From Dendrobates tinctorius (lineage: Eukaryota), in NCBI RefSeq assembly GCF_039654945.1, contig NW_027361709.1, positions 6,386,001 through 6,450,000 of the forward strand: 64,000 nt of DNA. Direction: 5' to 3'. Positions 14,508 to 37,760 of this stretch are shown here, piece after piece. Under the pieces are notes generated by a model. That model was given only the letters and a program-made list of their open reading frames with translations, did not search any database and was not told the DNA's origin. The position numbers were made by a program, and so were the translations under genes. The stretch's first letter is position 1. Each line of letters starts with the position of its first letter.

Positions 14508-15648
14508 GGACGGAGGTGACGGCGGCAGCACGCTGATGGCACCACCTGGTGGCAGCAGCCGTAATAACACCGCAGCTTCTGTTGGGAAACCGCTCGGCCT
14601 CATGTCCATGGACCATTGTATTCTTCTTTCTGCAAGTTGCAGTATCCTGTACGGTCAATCCTGATATAAAGCCGACATTGTCTCTTGCTGGCGGCTGTGT
14701 TCACTTTTAATATCAAGAATAAACCTGCAGCTCATGGCTCCTGCCAATAAAACGGGAGTGCAGCTGCACAGGACGATGTATTCGCCTGCACTATACGCAG
14801 CCAGGACATGGCACCGAGCCCCTTAATCAGTAGAGGTACAGGGGGGGGGGGGGGGGGGGATGACGGACTGCAGGAGAGAAGATGCAGTCCTGCAAACCTC
14901 CACTCATCACAGCCACCACTAGGGGGAGCTCAATGCATCCAGACTGCAAGAGGCTACAGGACCAGTAATACTTCTCTGCGAGCCCCTTCTTACATATTAG
15001 GGCCCACATGCAGGATTAGTGCAGGAAAAGGCAGACCGGGACATTACTTGGGGGTTCAGACTTTACTTACCATCTATTTCCAGTGGCGCTGCTCTGCAGC
15101 ACTGCTGATTTAATACTTCCCCCGCATGAACCCCCATTATATACTATAGAATTTCCTGTAACATAATGAGGGGAATATCCACCACCTCTATGGGGCTCAG
15201 GAGATACAACATGGCCTCAAGTTGGTTCCCTACAAGTTAAAATAGTGCGTTAATGCTGCGGCCACTAGGGGGAGCTCCCTACATCCAAGTAACACCAGCT
15301 CTGTAGATCTACGGGCAGGGAGCTCCCCCTAGTGGCGGATGGAGGGAAATATAATATACAGTAAATCTTTTGGTCCGGAGTTGAGGATCACAAGGACGTA
15401 TGTACACAGAAAATTTTAGGGAACACAGATCTTTGCCAAATTCCAGGAAATGCCAGTCTCCCAAAAAAAAAAAAGCATCAGCCGTACATAGAAGCGTATG
15501 CAGAGGGGGATGCAGCTGCAATCAATACATAATGGTAAATTGCCCTTGGTGCCTTCCTTTCTCACTTTCTGGAGAAGTTTCCAATAGCTGATGCTGGTAA
15601 AGATGGACACATGCAGAGATCGGAGGCTCGGGTATCCACAATCCCTTC

Positions 15649-15654
15649 TTTATT
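15649..15654 (-). terminator. rpn1: Candidate rpn1 polyadenylation signal AATAAA (alternative at 15973-15978)
   Basis: TTTATT on + strand ~730 nt past the stop codon, followed on the minus strand by GT-rich sequence. Confidence 0.5.
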
Positions 15655-16375
15655 ACCGTATTTTGGTCAAACAAGCAGAGAAAAAAAAAAAAATCTACAG
15701 GATTTTCCTGACAATCAATAAAGTGTAAAAACTTGGCAGAAACTTTGTACGAAAATGTGCAGCTCGCTGCTGGTGAAAAGACAGAGGCGATGGTTCGGCC
15801 GTGGAGGAGCCGACGCTTTGCTCCCTACACGGAGAAGATCGGGGGCGATTATGGAGAAGAAAATTATAATAAAATCAAAATGAGAGGGAGGAGGGGAATA
15901 AAAAAAAATAAAAATTTTTTTTAATTTTTGCTTCACCACATTCCCACTTATTCCACTTCCCAACCAAAGAATTTTATTCTAATCCCCCGGGTGAGTCACA
16001 AACTGCAGGAGAACAGAACATTACAGCGATTGTTCTCAGCCATCATTTTCTACAGAACTGGCCGATGCCCACTGAGCCGTTCAGCAGCTGACACAAGTGC
16101 TTGGTCGTAGCCCACACTGAGAGGGGGCTAGGCTGCAGTTTGGCAGTATATCAGACTCTCAGAGGACGTACGGATCATCTATACAAGTACTCAGGATAAG
16201 AGCATGGCGCTGGCTCGGTGGGCACGGGCACAGAGCTGTGCCTTAATCTCACAGGCTTAACAAGGGCAGGAGAGGACAAATAGTGCAGGAGTCAGTCCGA
16301 TAAGGTCGGCAGCGCATTTTGCTCTCAGGCACTGCTGCAATCTGGCTCCTCAGGTTTGTCCGGTCCTGAAGGGAG

Positions 16376-28056
<11,681 letters not shown>

Positions 28057-28437
28057 GGCCGGAGAGCGGAGGATGGAGGCGGATACAGGAGGAGGAGAGC
28101 CCGCAGCCACGGAGAGAGCGCGGCCTCTGCTGCTGACGGCTCATTCATCCGCGGGGACAAGATGGCCGCCCAGGACCCCGCTGCCGAGCGACGGGAGGGT
28201 GACCTGGACACTGCCTGACAGGACGGAGCGTGTCCGGAGGCCTCCTCTGCCCCTGTACAGACACTGTGTGAACTGCACCGTGCGTATGGAGACAGCACAC
28301 AAAGACGCATCATCCGTCACAGCTGGAGCGAGTGCTGTGTAATAACTACATTGATATAATACAGGCAAAAAACGGGACAGCTCAGACCACAGAGAGAAGG
28401 AGCGTCCATAGCGACAGAAAGGAGGAGGAGCCCGCGG
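28057..28437 (-). promoter_or_regulatory. rpn1: rpn1 5'UTR and CpG-island promoter with a YY1-like motif (CAAGATGGCCGCC, 28158-28170)
   Basis: CpG-rich, TATA-less sequence immediately upstream of the ATG; near-match to the YY1 consensus CAAGATGGCGGC. Confidence 0.55.
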
Positions 28438-31400
28438 ACACAGCGCCACCTACCGAGCGCACGGCGACACCTACCGTGTACACAGCGACACCTACCGTGT
28501 ACACAGCGACACCTACCGAGCAAACAGCGACACCTACCGAGCATACAGCGCCACCTACCGAGCAAACAGCGACACCTACCGAGCACACAGCGCCACCTAC
28601 CGAGCACACAGCGCCACCTACCGAGCACACAGCGCCACCTACCGAGCACACAGCGACACCTACTGTGTACACAGCGCCACCTACCGAGCAAACAGCGACA
28701 CCTACCGAGCACACAGCGCCACCTACCGAGCACACAGCGCCACCTACCGAGCACACAGCGCCACCTACCGAGCACACAGCGACACCTACCGAGCATACAG
28801 CGCCACCTACCGAGTAAAAAGCGCCACCTACCGAGCACACAGCGCCACCTACCGTGTACACAGCGCCACCTACCGAGCACACAGCGACACCTACCGAGCA
28901 CACAGCGACACCTACCGTGTACACAGCGACACCTACCGAGCAAACAGCGCCACCTACCGAGCACACAGCGACACCTACCGAGCATACAGCGACACCTACC
29001 GAGCACACAGCGCCACCTACCGAGCACACAGCGCCACCTACCGAGCACACAGCGCCACCTACCGAGCACACAGCGCCACCTACCGAGCATACAGCGCCAC
29101 CTACCGAGTAAAAAGCGCCACCTACCGAGCACACAGCGCCACCTACCGAGCACACAGCGACACCTACCGAGCACACAGCGACACCTACCGTGTACACAGC
29201 GCCACCTACCGAGCAAACAGCGCCACCTACCGAGCATACAGCGCCACCTACCGAGTAAAAAGCGCCACCTACCGTGTACACAGCGCCACCTACCGAGCAC
29301 ACAGCGCCACCTACCGAGCACACAGCGCCACCTACCGAGCATACAGCGCCACCTACCGAGTAAAAAGCGCCACCTACCGTGTACACAGCGCCACCTACCG
29401 AGCACACAGCGACACCTACCGAGCACACAGCGACACCTACCGTGTACACAGCGCCACCTACCGAGCAAACAGCGCCACCTACCGAGCACACAGCGACACC
29501 TACCGAGCACACAGCGACACCTACCGTGTACACAGCGCCACCTACCGAGCAAACAGCGCCACCTACCGAGCACACAGCGACACCTACCGAGCAAACAGCG
29601 ACACCTACCGAGCATACAGCGCCACCTACCGAGCAAACAGCAACACCTACCGAGCACACAGCGCCACCTACCGAGCACACAGCGCCACCTACCGAGCACA
29701 CAGCGACACCTACCGAGCACACAGCGACACCTACTGTGTACACAGCGCCACCTACCGAGCAAACAGCGACACCTACCGAGCACACAGCGCCACCTACCGA
29801 GCACACAGCGCCACCGACCGAGCACACAGCGACACCTACCGAGCACACAGCGACACCTACCGAGCACACAGCGACACCTACCGAGCATACAGCGCCACCT
29901 ACCGAGTAAAAAGCGCCACCTACCGAGCACACAGCGCCACCTACCGTGTACACAGCGCCACCTACCGAGCACACAGCGACACCTACCGTGTACACAGCGC
30001 CACCTACCGAGCAAACAGCGCCACCTACCGAGCACACAGCGCCACCTACCGAGCACACAGCGACACCTACCGAGCACACAGCGACACCTACCGTGTACAC
30101 AGCGCCACCTACCGAGTAAACAGCGACACCTACCGAGCACACAGCGCCACCTACCGAGTAAAAAGCGCCACCTACCGTGTACACAGCGCCACCTACCGAG
30201 CACACAGCGCCACCTACCGAGCACACAGCGCCACCTACCGAGTAAAAAGCGCCACCTACCGAGCAAACAGCGACACCTACCGAGCACACAGCGCCACCTA
30301 CCGAGCACACAGCGCCACCTACCGAGCACACAGCGCCACCTACCGAGCACACAGCGACACCTACCGAGCAAACAGCGACACCTACCGAGCACACAGCGCC
30401 ACCTACCGAGCACACAGCGCCACCTACCGAGCAAACAGCGACACCTACCGAGCACACAGCGCCACCTACCGAGCACACAGCGCCACCTACCGAGCACACA
30501 GCGCCACCTACCGAGCAAACAGCGACACCTACCGAGCACACAGCGACACCTACCGAGCACACAGCGCCACCTACCGAGCACACAGCGACACCTACCGAGC
30601 ACACAGCGCCACCTACCGAGCACACAGCGACACCTACCGAGCATACAGCGCCACCTACCGAGTAAAAAGCGCCACCTACCGAGCACACAGCGACACCTAC
30701 CGAGCACACAGCGACACCTACCGAGCACACAGCGACACCTACCGAGCACACAGCGACACCTACCGAGCACACAGCGACACCTACCGAGCACACAGCGACA
30801 CCTACCGAGCATACAGCGCCACCTACCGAGTAAAAAGCGCCACCTACCGAGCACACAGCGCCACCTACCGTGTACACAGCGCCACCTACCGAGCAAACAG
30901 CGCCACCTACCGAGCACACAGCGACACCTACCGTGTACACAGCGCCACCTACCGAGCAAACAGCGCCACCTACCGAGCACACAGCGACACCTACCGAGCA
31001 CACAGCGACACCTACCGTGTACACAGCGCCACCTACCGAGTAAACAGCGACACCTACCGAGCACACAGCGCCACCTACCGAGTAAAAAGCGCCACCTACC
31101 GTGTACACAGCGCCACCTACCTAGCACACAGCGCCACCTACCGAGCACACAGCGCCACCTACCGAGTAAAAAGCGCCACCTACCGTGTACACAGCGCCAC
31201 CTACCGAGCAAACAGCGACACCTACCGAGCAAACAGCGACACCTACCGAGCACACAGCGCCACCTACCGAGCACACAGCGCCACCTACTGTGTACACAGC
31301 GCCACCTACCGAGCACACAGCGCTACCTACCGAGCACACAGCGCCACCTACCGAGCACACAGCGACACCTACCGAGCACACAGCGACACCTACCGAGCAC

Positions 31401-32502
31401 ACAGCGCCACCTACCGAGCATACAGCGCCACCTACCGAGTAAAAAGCGCCACCTACCGAGCACACAGCGCCACCTACCGTGTACACAGCGCCACCTACCG
31501 AGCAAACAGCGCCACCTACCGAGCACACAGCGACACCTACCGTGTACACGGCGCCACCTACCGAGCACACGGCGACACCTACCGAGCAAACGGCGACACC
31601 TACCGAGCAAACGGCGACACCTACCGAGCACACGGCGACACCTACCGAGCAAACGGCGACACCTACCGAGCACACGGCGCCACCTACCGAGCACACGGCG
31701 CCACCTACCGAGCACACGGCGCCACCTACCGAGCACACGGCGCCACCTACCGAGCAAACGGCGACACCTACCGAGCACACGGCGACACCTACCGAGCACA
31801 CGGCGACACCTACCGAGCACACGGCGACACCTACCGAGCACACAGCGCCACCTACCGAGCAAACGGCGACACCTACCGAGCACACGGCGCCACCTACCGA
31901 GCAAACGGCGACACCTACCGAGCAAACGGCGACACCTACCGAGCACACAGCGACACCTACCGAGCACACGGCGCCACCTACCGAGCACACGGCGCCACCT
32001 ACCGAGCACACGGCGACACCTACCGAGCACACGGCGACACCTACCGAGCACACGGCGACACCTACCGAGCACACGGCGCCACCTACCGAGCACACGGCGA
32101 CACCTACCGAGCACACGGCGACACCTACCGAGCACACGGCGACACCTACCGAGCACACGGCGACACCTACCGAGCACACGGCGACACCTACCGAGCACAC
32201 AGCGCCACCTACCGAGCAAACGGCGACACCTACCGAGCACACGGCGCCACCTACCGAGCAAACGGCGACACCTACCGAGCAAACGGCGACACCTACCGAG
32301 CACACAGCGACACCTACCGAGCACACGGCGCCACCTACCGAGCACACGGCGCCACCTACCGAGCACACGGCGACACCTACCGAGCACACGGCGACACCTA
32401 CCGAGCACACGGCGACACCTACCGAGCACACAGCGCCACCTACCGAGCACACGGCGACACCTACCGAGCACACGGCGACACCTACCGAGCACACAGCGCC
32501 AC
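28438..32502. repeat. 21-bp minisatellite (acacagcgccacctaccgagc and variants), ~190 units, immediately upstream of rpn1
   Basis: Direct reading; variants gcc/gac, agca/tgta, caaa/taaaa; switch to cggcg after ~31550. Confidence 0.98.
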
Positions 32503-33438
32503 ACAGCCCTGCCCTCCACATACATTTGGCTAGGCTCACATTAGCACAGCGTATCGTCTGCATGCGCAAACGCATGTCAAAACGCATAGAAACACGTTTA
32601 CGCAGCGTTTTCTATCCGCATCAGCTTATGCATGACGGTAAAAAAACGCTGCGTTTGAGGTTTTTTTTACAGCGCATGCGTTTGGAGAATTTTCTTGACA
32701 CAAGCCACACCCAATGAGCGTGTCTCATTTCCCGGACATGATTATGTGAAAAACGCATGCGTGCCCATAGACAGTAATGCATTTTTTCTACGCACTCATC
32801 CGCATGCGCATATTTGACCGTTTTTTGCCGCAACAAAAAATGCAACATGTTGCGTTCGCTGAATCCCGCCGCACACCGCGAAACGACGCATGCGTACGTT
32901 TTCATGCCCCTGCAGACACCATGTTAAAGAAAGTAAAACACCAGATCCTAATGCTAATTAAAGCCAAGATCAGCCACAGAGCATTCAATGGTAAAATCAC
33001 TTTTATTAGTTCACATATAGAATGTAAAAAATACTTTTTTTGTCTGCAAAAAGGTACAAGAAAGAGAAGAACATAAGGCTCCCATTAATATGAAGATTGC
33101 TGCATGGCTCTGGACCATATGACTACAATTCATGAAAAATACCATCCAGGATAACAATAGTTAAACAGACCGCTATGTAATGGTGCACATAATGAATAAC
33201 TATGGCTACAACCGCCAAATAAGTTTACCAAGAGAAAGCACCAGACACTGCTGTGACTGTGAGGGCTGCGAGCACCCACTACACCCTAGCAGCGACCGCT
33301 AATTAGCCATAGTATACAGCAGAGAGCTCCGAGAGCTGCACATTTGTAAGGAATGCTGTCTCATCATGATTGGAGCCACAAGGGCCACTACCTGGATCCT
33401 AGCAGCGTTTAGTGTATATGCAGTGGGAGCCCGGTCCT

Positions 33439-33480
33439 ACAGCCCCGACGCGCACGTTTCGCCCTGCTTCCTCGGGGGGG
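33439..33480 (-). ncRNA. Hammerhead-ribozyme-like motif (Penelope-type, variant core CCGAGGA)
   Basis: Minus strand CCCC-CCGAGGA-AGC AGG GC-GAAA-C GTGCGC GTC-GGGG: core, short stem II, GAAA, GUC triplet, stem I CCCC/GGGG. Confidence 0.5.
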
Positions 33481-33733
33481 CGTGTCTAAGCGAAGGGTGT
33501 GTGAGGTTTAAATATGAGTCACAACCAATCAACCGGGTTTCTTGATTACTACAGTCTGGGATAGCTCCATGGCGCATGCGTCGACCGCCCGACGCTCATA
33601 GTTAACAGATATGAAGCCGCGGTCACGATGAGTCACTCGCCGCCCTCCACGCCCCATCACATGGTACAGAGCGAGTCAAGCCAGCGTATAATTTATATGT
33701 AGCAGTATCACCTATACATTGTATATGCATGTA

Positions 33734-33820
33734 TACCGTATTTTTCGGACCATAAGACGCACTTTTTTCCCCCAAAATTTTGGGGGAAGTGGGGGGGTGC
33801 GTCTTATGGTCACAGTATAC
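33734..33820 (+). mobile_element. Terminal fragment of a non-autonomous Tc1/mariner (Tc2/pogo-like) element
   Basis: TA|CCGTATTTTTCGGACCATAAGACGCAC with internal inverted gtgcgtcttatggtc; second terminus not identified. Confidence 0.45.
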
Positions 33821-34413
33821 TTCCTTGTGACCATGGCTGGTGCGGGTGCCGCGGGGCTCTGTGGTGCGGTGGTGGCAGCGGGCTGTGCTCCAGTGCAGGG
33901 GTAGCGGCTCTCTGTGCTCCGTGGGGGGTTCCGCCGGCATTTCCTCGAAGCCCGGAGGCCCCCGCACATCCGCTGCTGGCCGCCGCCATGTTGCTGTGGC
34001 CTCCGGGAACATGGACGCCGGGAAGATGGCCGCCGGTCCGGGGACGGCGCATGCTCAGGTTCAGATCTCGTTGCCGAGATTTGAATCTCATTAATTAATG
34101 AGCATTTGCACTTTTGTATTTTGTCTGGGGTTTTGGAACCTTAAATATTGAATTGTATGTGATTATGACCCAATTTTCTTTGTTCATTTTCTAATGTCTG
34201 CTTTTATACAGACTTTTTAAATTGTTTTTAACCCTGTGTTTGTATGTAGTGTTTGCTGAAATTAAATAAAATATATTTTTGTATTATAAATATTGGTGGT
34301 GATCCCTATAGTTGTTGCATATACTTTTTCTTGGTCTGTTTCTATATAGTCTTATATGCATTGGGAGATCCCACATATGGTATTATTTGAGATGGTGCCC
34401 GTTTACCCCATTG

Positions 34414-37400
34414 TGTTCCAGAATCATACATCCGTCACCATTCACACATAGCAGTATAGTCTATACTAGCGCATGGCAGAATGGCCATGCGCGCTTTTTA
34501 TAGCAGCCGGGACCTTCCGGAAGCTTCCAGATCTCCGAGATGGACCAATGAGATCTGGAGCAGGACCTGAGCACATGACTCCCAATCTCCAATGGGAAAC
34601 CATCTCATGAGCATGCCCAGTAGGAGGACAGAGGGACTTAGCCCCTGGAGAGATTAGCTGCAAGGCAATCTCCTCTGCGGTAGATAAAGAGCAAGAGACC
34701 GCAGAATGTGAGGGTCTGGATTCCTGCAGAGCAGATGCAGGAACCTGACTCCTAACATTACCCCCCCTCCTCTCTGAGCCTTCCAATCCACCACCCTGTG
34801 CCCATCAGAGGCATAGGCCTCAGACTCGTCCGAAGGCAAGTCTGATGTCCCGGTAGGTGACACGGAAAATCGGGACATGTGGAAGGTATCAGAGGCGGCA
34901 AGATCGCCAGGTTTAAGAAGGGACACGTGGGAGACAACGGGAGCGGCAAAACCGCCCGGAGCATAAGTTGAAGTGGGACGCCGAAGTGTGTCGGCCAACG
35001 TCTCCACTCTCTGTTTAAGGAAGCTTACCCGAGCACATGAGGCGCATGCCTGAATATATTTCTTAATGTCCCGAGCCCTGTGCGGCCACCAATACGACCC
35101 TGCCAGGAGTTTTGTGGTCTGCATGTAGCCACAGTGACCACCTGCCCTGGACACGTGTGCCCACGCGAGGACCTTCGGCCGAAGGCGACGGGGGGCAAAG
35201 GTCTTGCCCGGCGGCACAGAGTTTGGCCATTAAAAACACATGTGACATGCACAAGTGTGAACAAGTCGGTAAGACAACATTCACACCACCCACTGAGACA
35301 CAACAAGAAAACAGATCTGTTTTCTTGTTGTGTCTCAGTGGGTGGTGTGAACGTTGTCTTACCAACTTGTTCACACTTGTGCATGTCACATGTGTTTTTA
35401 ATCCGTTTTTTCCTTGCCTAGCATGGTTTGAGAGACCCCACCCCTCTCGTGTGGCATGCACAAAAGAGCTGTCTTGCACCACAAGCCCATACTAAGAAGC
35501 GCCTGTCCGAATCCTGTTCATTTTAGACACTGTTCAGATGTTCAGGTTTTAAATACATTAGATAGGGACTGCTTCAATACGGGTTACCTTGACGTGGTGA
35601 AGCAGCTTGATATACATTTTTTTGCAAAAAAACGTATCGACTAAATACCCTGTATTTGTTATCCAGCACTTGCTGATTACTGTCATGTATTTTACTGCAG
35701 AGTATTTTTGCAAATCTGTTTTCTTGTTGTGTCAGAGTTTGGCCAATGCAGGGCCCCGTTATCCTGGTGAACAGAGTGCTGACAGTGGCAGCCGCAATAA
35801 GAACTTAGTGTCGGACGCGCCTCGAGACTGGCGCGAGACACCTCCATGGGCTCTGGGAGTGAACACTCTGGCTCGGGTGATTCCAGAGGCTCAAAGAGGT
35901 TGGGAGCCGGAGTAACCTTCCGTCTGGATTGAGCACGCTCCAGCCCGCGCTCCGAAAAACAGAGATCAATACGGGTGGCAATGACAATCAGCTCCTCCAG
36001 ACTTGCAGGAACCTCTCTGGTAGAAAGAGCATCCTTAACATGCTCAGCTAAACCTCTCCAAAACACAGGGATGAGGGCTTTGTCAGAACACTCCAGCTCG
36101 GAAGCCAGTGTGTGAAGACGAACGGCATACTGACTAACCGAGAGGGATCCCTGAGTCAAAGCCAGTAGCAGTAGAGAGGTGTCGTGCGTGACCCGTGGTC
36201 CCAGGAAGACCTGCTTAATAGCTGTTAAAAACTGAGCAGTGGTCCGAACCTCTGGGTCACCACGCTGTCATAGTGGCGTAGCCCACTCCAACGCCTTGCG
36301 CCACAGAAGGGAAACAATACACCCCACCTTGGCCCGCTCCGTAGGGAATCGCGCAGCCAGTAACTCCAGCTGGATAGAGCACTGGCTGACGAAACCCCTA
36401 CAGGAGGCCATTGCCAGAAAATTTATCGAGCAACGGGAGGCAGGTAACTGTTGGCGCGTCGGAGGACGTGGACATATGAGAAACCGCCTCTGCGATCGCC
36501 TGTACAGCAGCCTCCGAAGACTTCACCTCTGCGATGACACTCTCAAGAGTAGCCAACCGGCCCTCTAGCTGGCGAATGCACTGAAGGAGTTGCTGCTGAT
36601 CTGCCATCACTAGCCAGACCCTGGTGCTAGTAAAATGTTCGGAACGGCGGAACGCACTAAATAAAAATAATAATAAAGTGCGTTCACCGCTCGGGGTCCA
36701 CCGTGCAGTAGGTGATATAACCGCTGCTGAGTAATGGCAGACGAGCATTATGGCGATATAATGCGCACGGGTTCAACTTCACCCGAAGTGCGCAGAGCGG
36801 GCTCTGTTCACACACAGAGGCGCCGCAACATAAACATACAAAAGGCTGAGCCTGTTAGAGTCACAGGCCTCAGGTAAATGCACACACGGTATAAGGTCAC
36901 AGGAGCAGGAACTAAGACAGAGGGGCTGCGTCCGTCTAGACCTACCGTGTGTGCGGCGTCGCTACTGCGAACGCCAAGAAGGGCTGCAACTGCAGCGCGG
37001 CGCAGGACACTGCCGCTGGACGACACAGCAACAAAGCAGCCGCTATGTCGGACGCTAGCGCAGAGGTGCGGTGTGCACAGTGGCCTAAGGCTTGCCACAG
37101 ACTGGCGCAGACTACTGAACTAATTCCCTAACCACATGCGTAATATCAGAGGGAAGGGGTTTCATAATAAGTCAGTCACCAGAATTATACATCCGTCACC
37201 ATTCACACATAGCAGTATAGTTTATACTAGCGCATGGCGGAACGGCCATGCGCGTTTTTTAAAGCAGCCGGGACCTTCCAGAAGCTTCCAGATCTCCAAG
37301 ATGGACCAATGAGATCTTGAGCAGGACCTGAGCACATGACTCCCGATCTCCAATGGGAAACCGTCTCATGAGCATGCTCAGTAGGAGGCCAGAGGGACTT

Positions 37401-37518
37401 AGCCCCTGGAGAGATTTGCTGCAAGGCAATCTCCTCTGCGGTAGATAAAGAGCAAGAGACCGCAGAATGTGAGGGTCTGGATTCCTGCAGAGCAGACGCA
37501 GGAACCTGACTCCTAACA
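34414..37518 (-). mobile_element. Internally deleted Ty3/gypsy (chromovirus-like) LTR retrotransposon
   Basis: 5' LTR 37518-36636 (TGTTAGGA...TCCGAACA); 3' LTR from 34757 preceded by PPT agagaggaggggggg and matching the 5' LTR over ~340 bp; gag remnant (MADQQQLL... / LTQGSLSVSQYAVRLHTLASELECSDKALIPVFWRGLAEHVKDAL); integrase Zn finger (WAH...GH...YWWP...CASCAR); no PR/RT/RH found. Confidence 0.88.
35229..35402. repeat. Spacerless 174-bp palindrome (87-bp arms, 2 mismatches)
   Basis: Centre acagA|Tctgt at 35315/35316; arms verified by reading. Confidence 0.95.
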
Positions 37519-37556
37519 TTGATGAAGAGACCTGAGTAGTCTCGAAAGCTTGCAAT
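37519..37556 (+). ncRNA. Truncated hammerhead-like motif (Penelope-type)
   Basis: tTGATGA-A-GAGAC ctgagta GTCTC-GAAA-GCTT; C3 and stem I are missing at the LTR junction. Confidence 0.45.
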
Positions 37557-37716
37557 TTGTTACCATCTTTTCAGTTAGCCATTAAAAGAAATCAACCACT
37601 GAGGACTCTCAATTCTGAATATTTGAATCCTTATGGATATAATCTTTTCTCAGACTTACTGTGCGCTGCTGAACACGTTCAATTAGTACAACACAGGAAG
37701 TTTTTAACCATTTAAT

Positions 37717-37760
37717 TTCCAACGCGTTTCGAAGTGCCAATCACTTCTTCCTCAGGGGAT
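37717..37760 (-). ncRNA. Hammerhead-ribozyme-like motif (Penelope-type)
   Basis: Minus strand CCC-CTGAGGA-A-GAAGTG attgg CACTTC-GAAA-CGCGTT-GG: intact CUGANGA core, 6-bp stem II, palindromic stem III. Confidence 0.6.

Noticed and set aside
28057-28110. N-terminal extension of RPN1 (MAAGSPPP...) in the ORF track
   Set aside because: Starts at a GTG; the ATG at 28056 has a strong Kozak context and directly precedes the signal peptide
28317-32717. Long ORFs (999, 908, 488, 412 aa; mucin-like PTEHTA or Cys/Arg-rich)
   Set aside because: A 21-bp unit is a multiple of 3 and mostly stop-free, so it is open in several frames on both strands; variation is not codon-constrained
35692-36748. Domesticated gag gene (PEG10/RTL1-like)
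   Set aside because: Frameshifted and interrupted, and still between LTRs; a decayed retrotransposon
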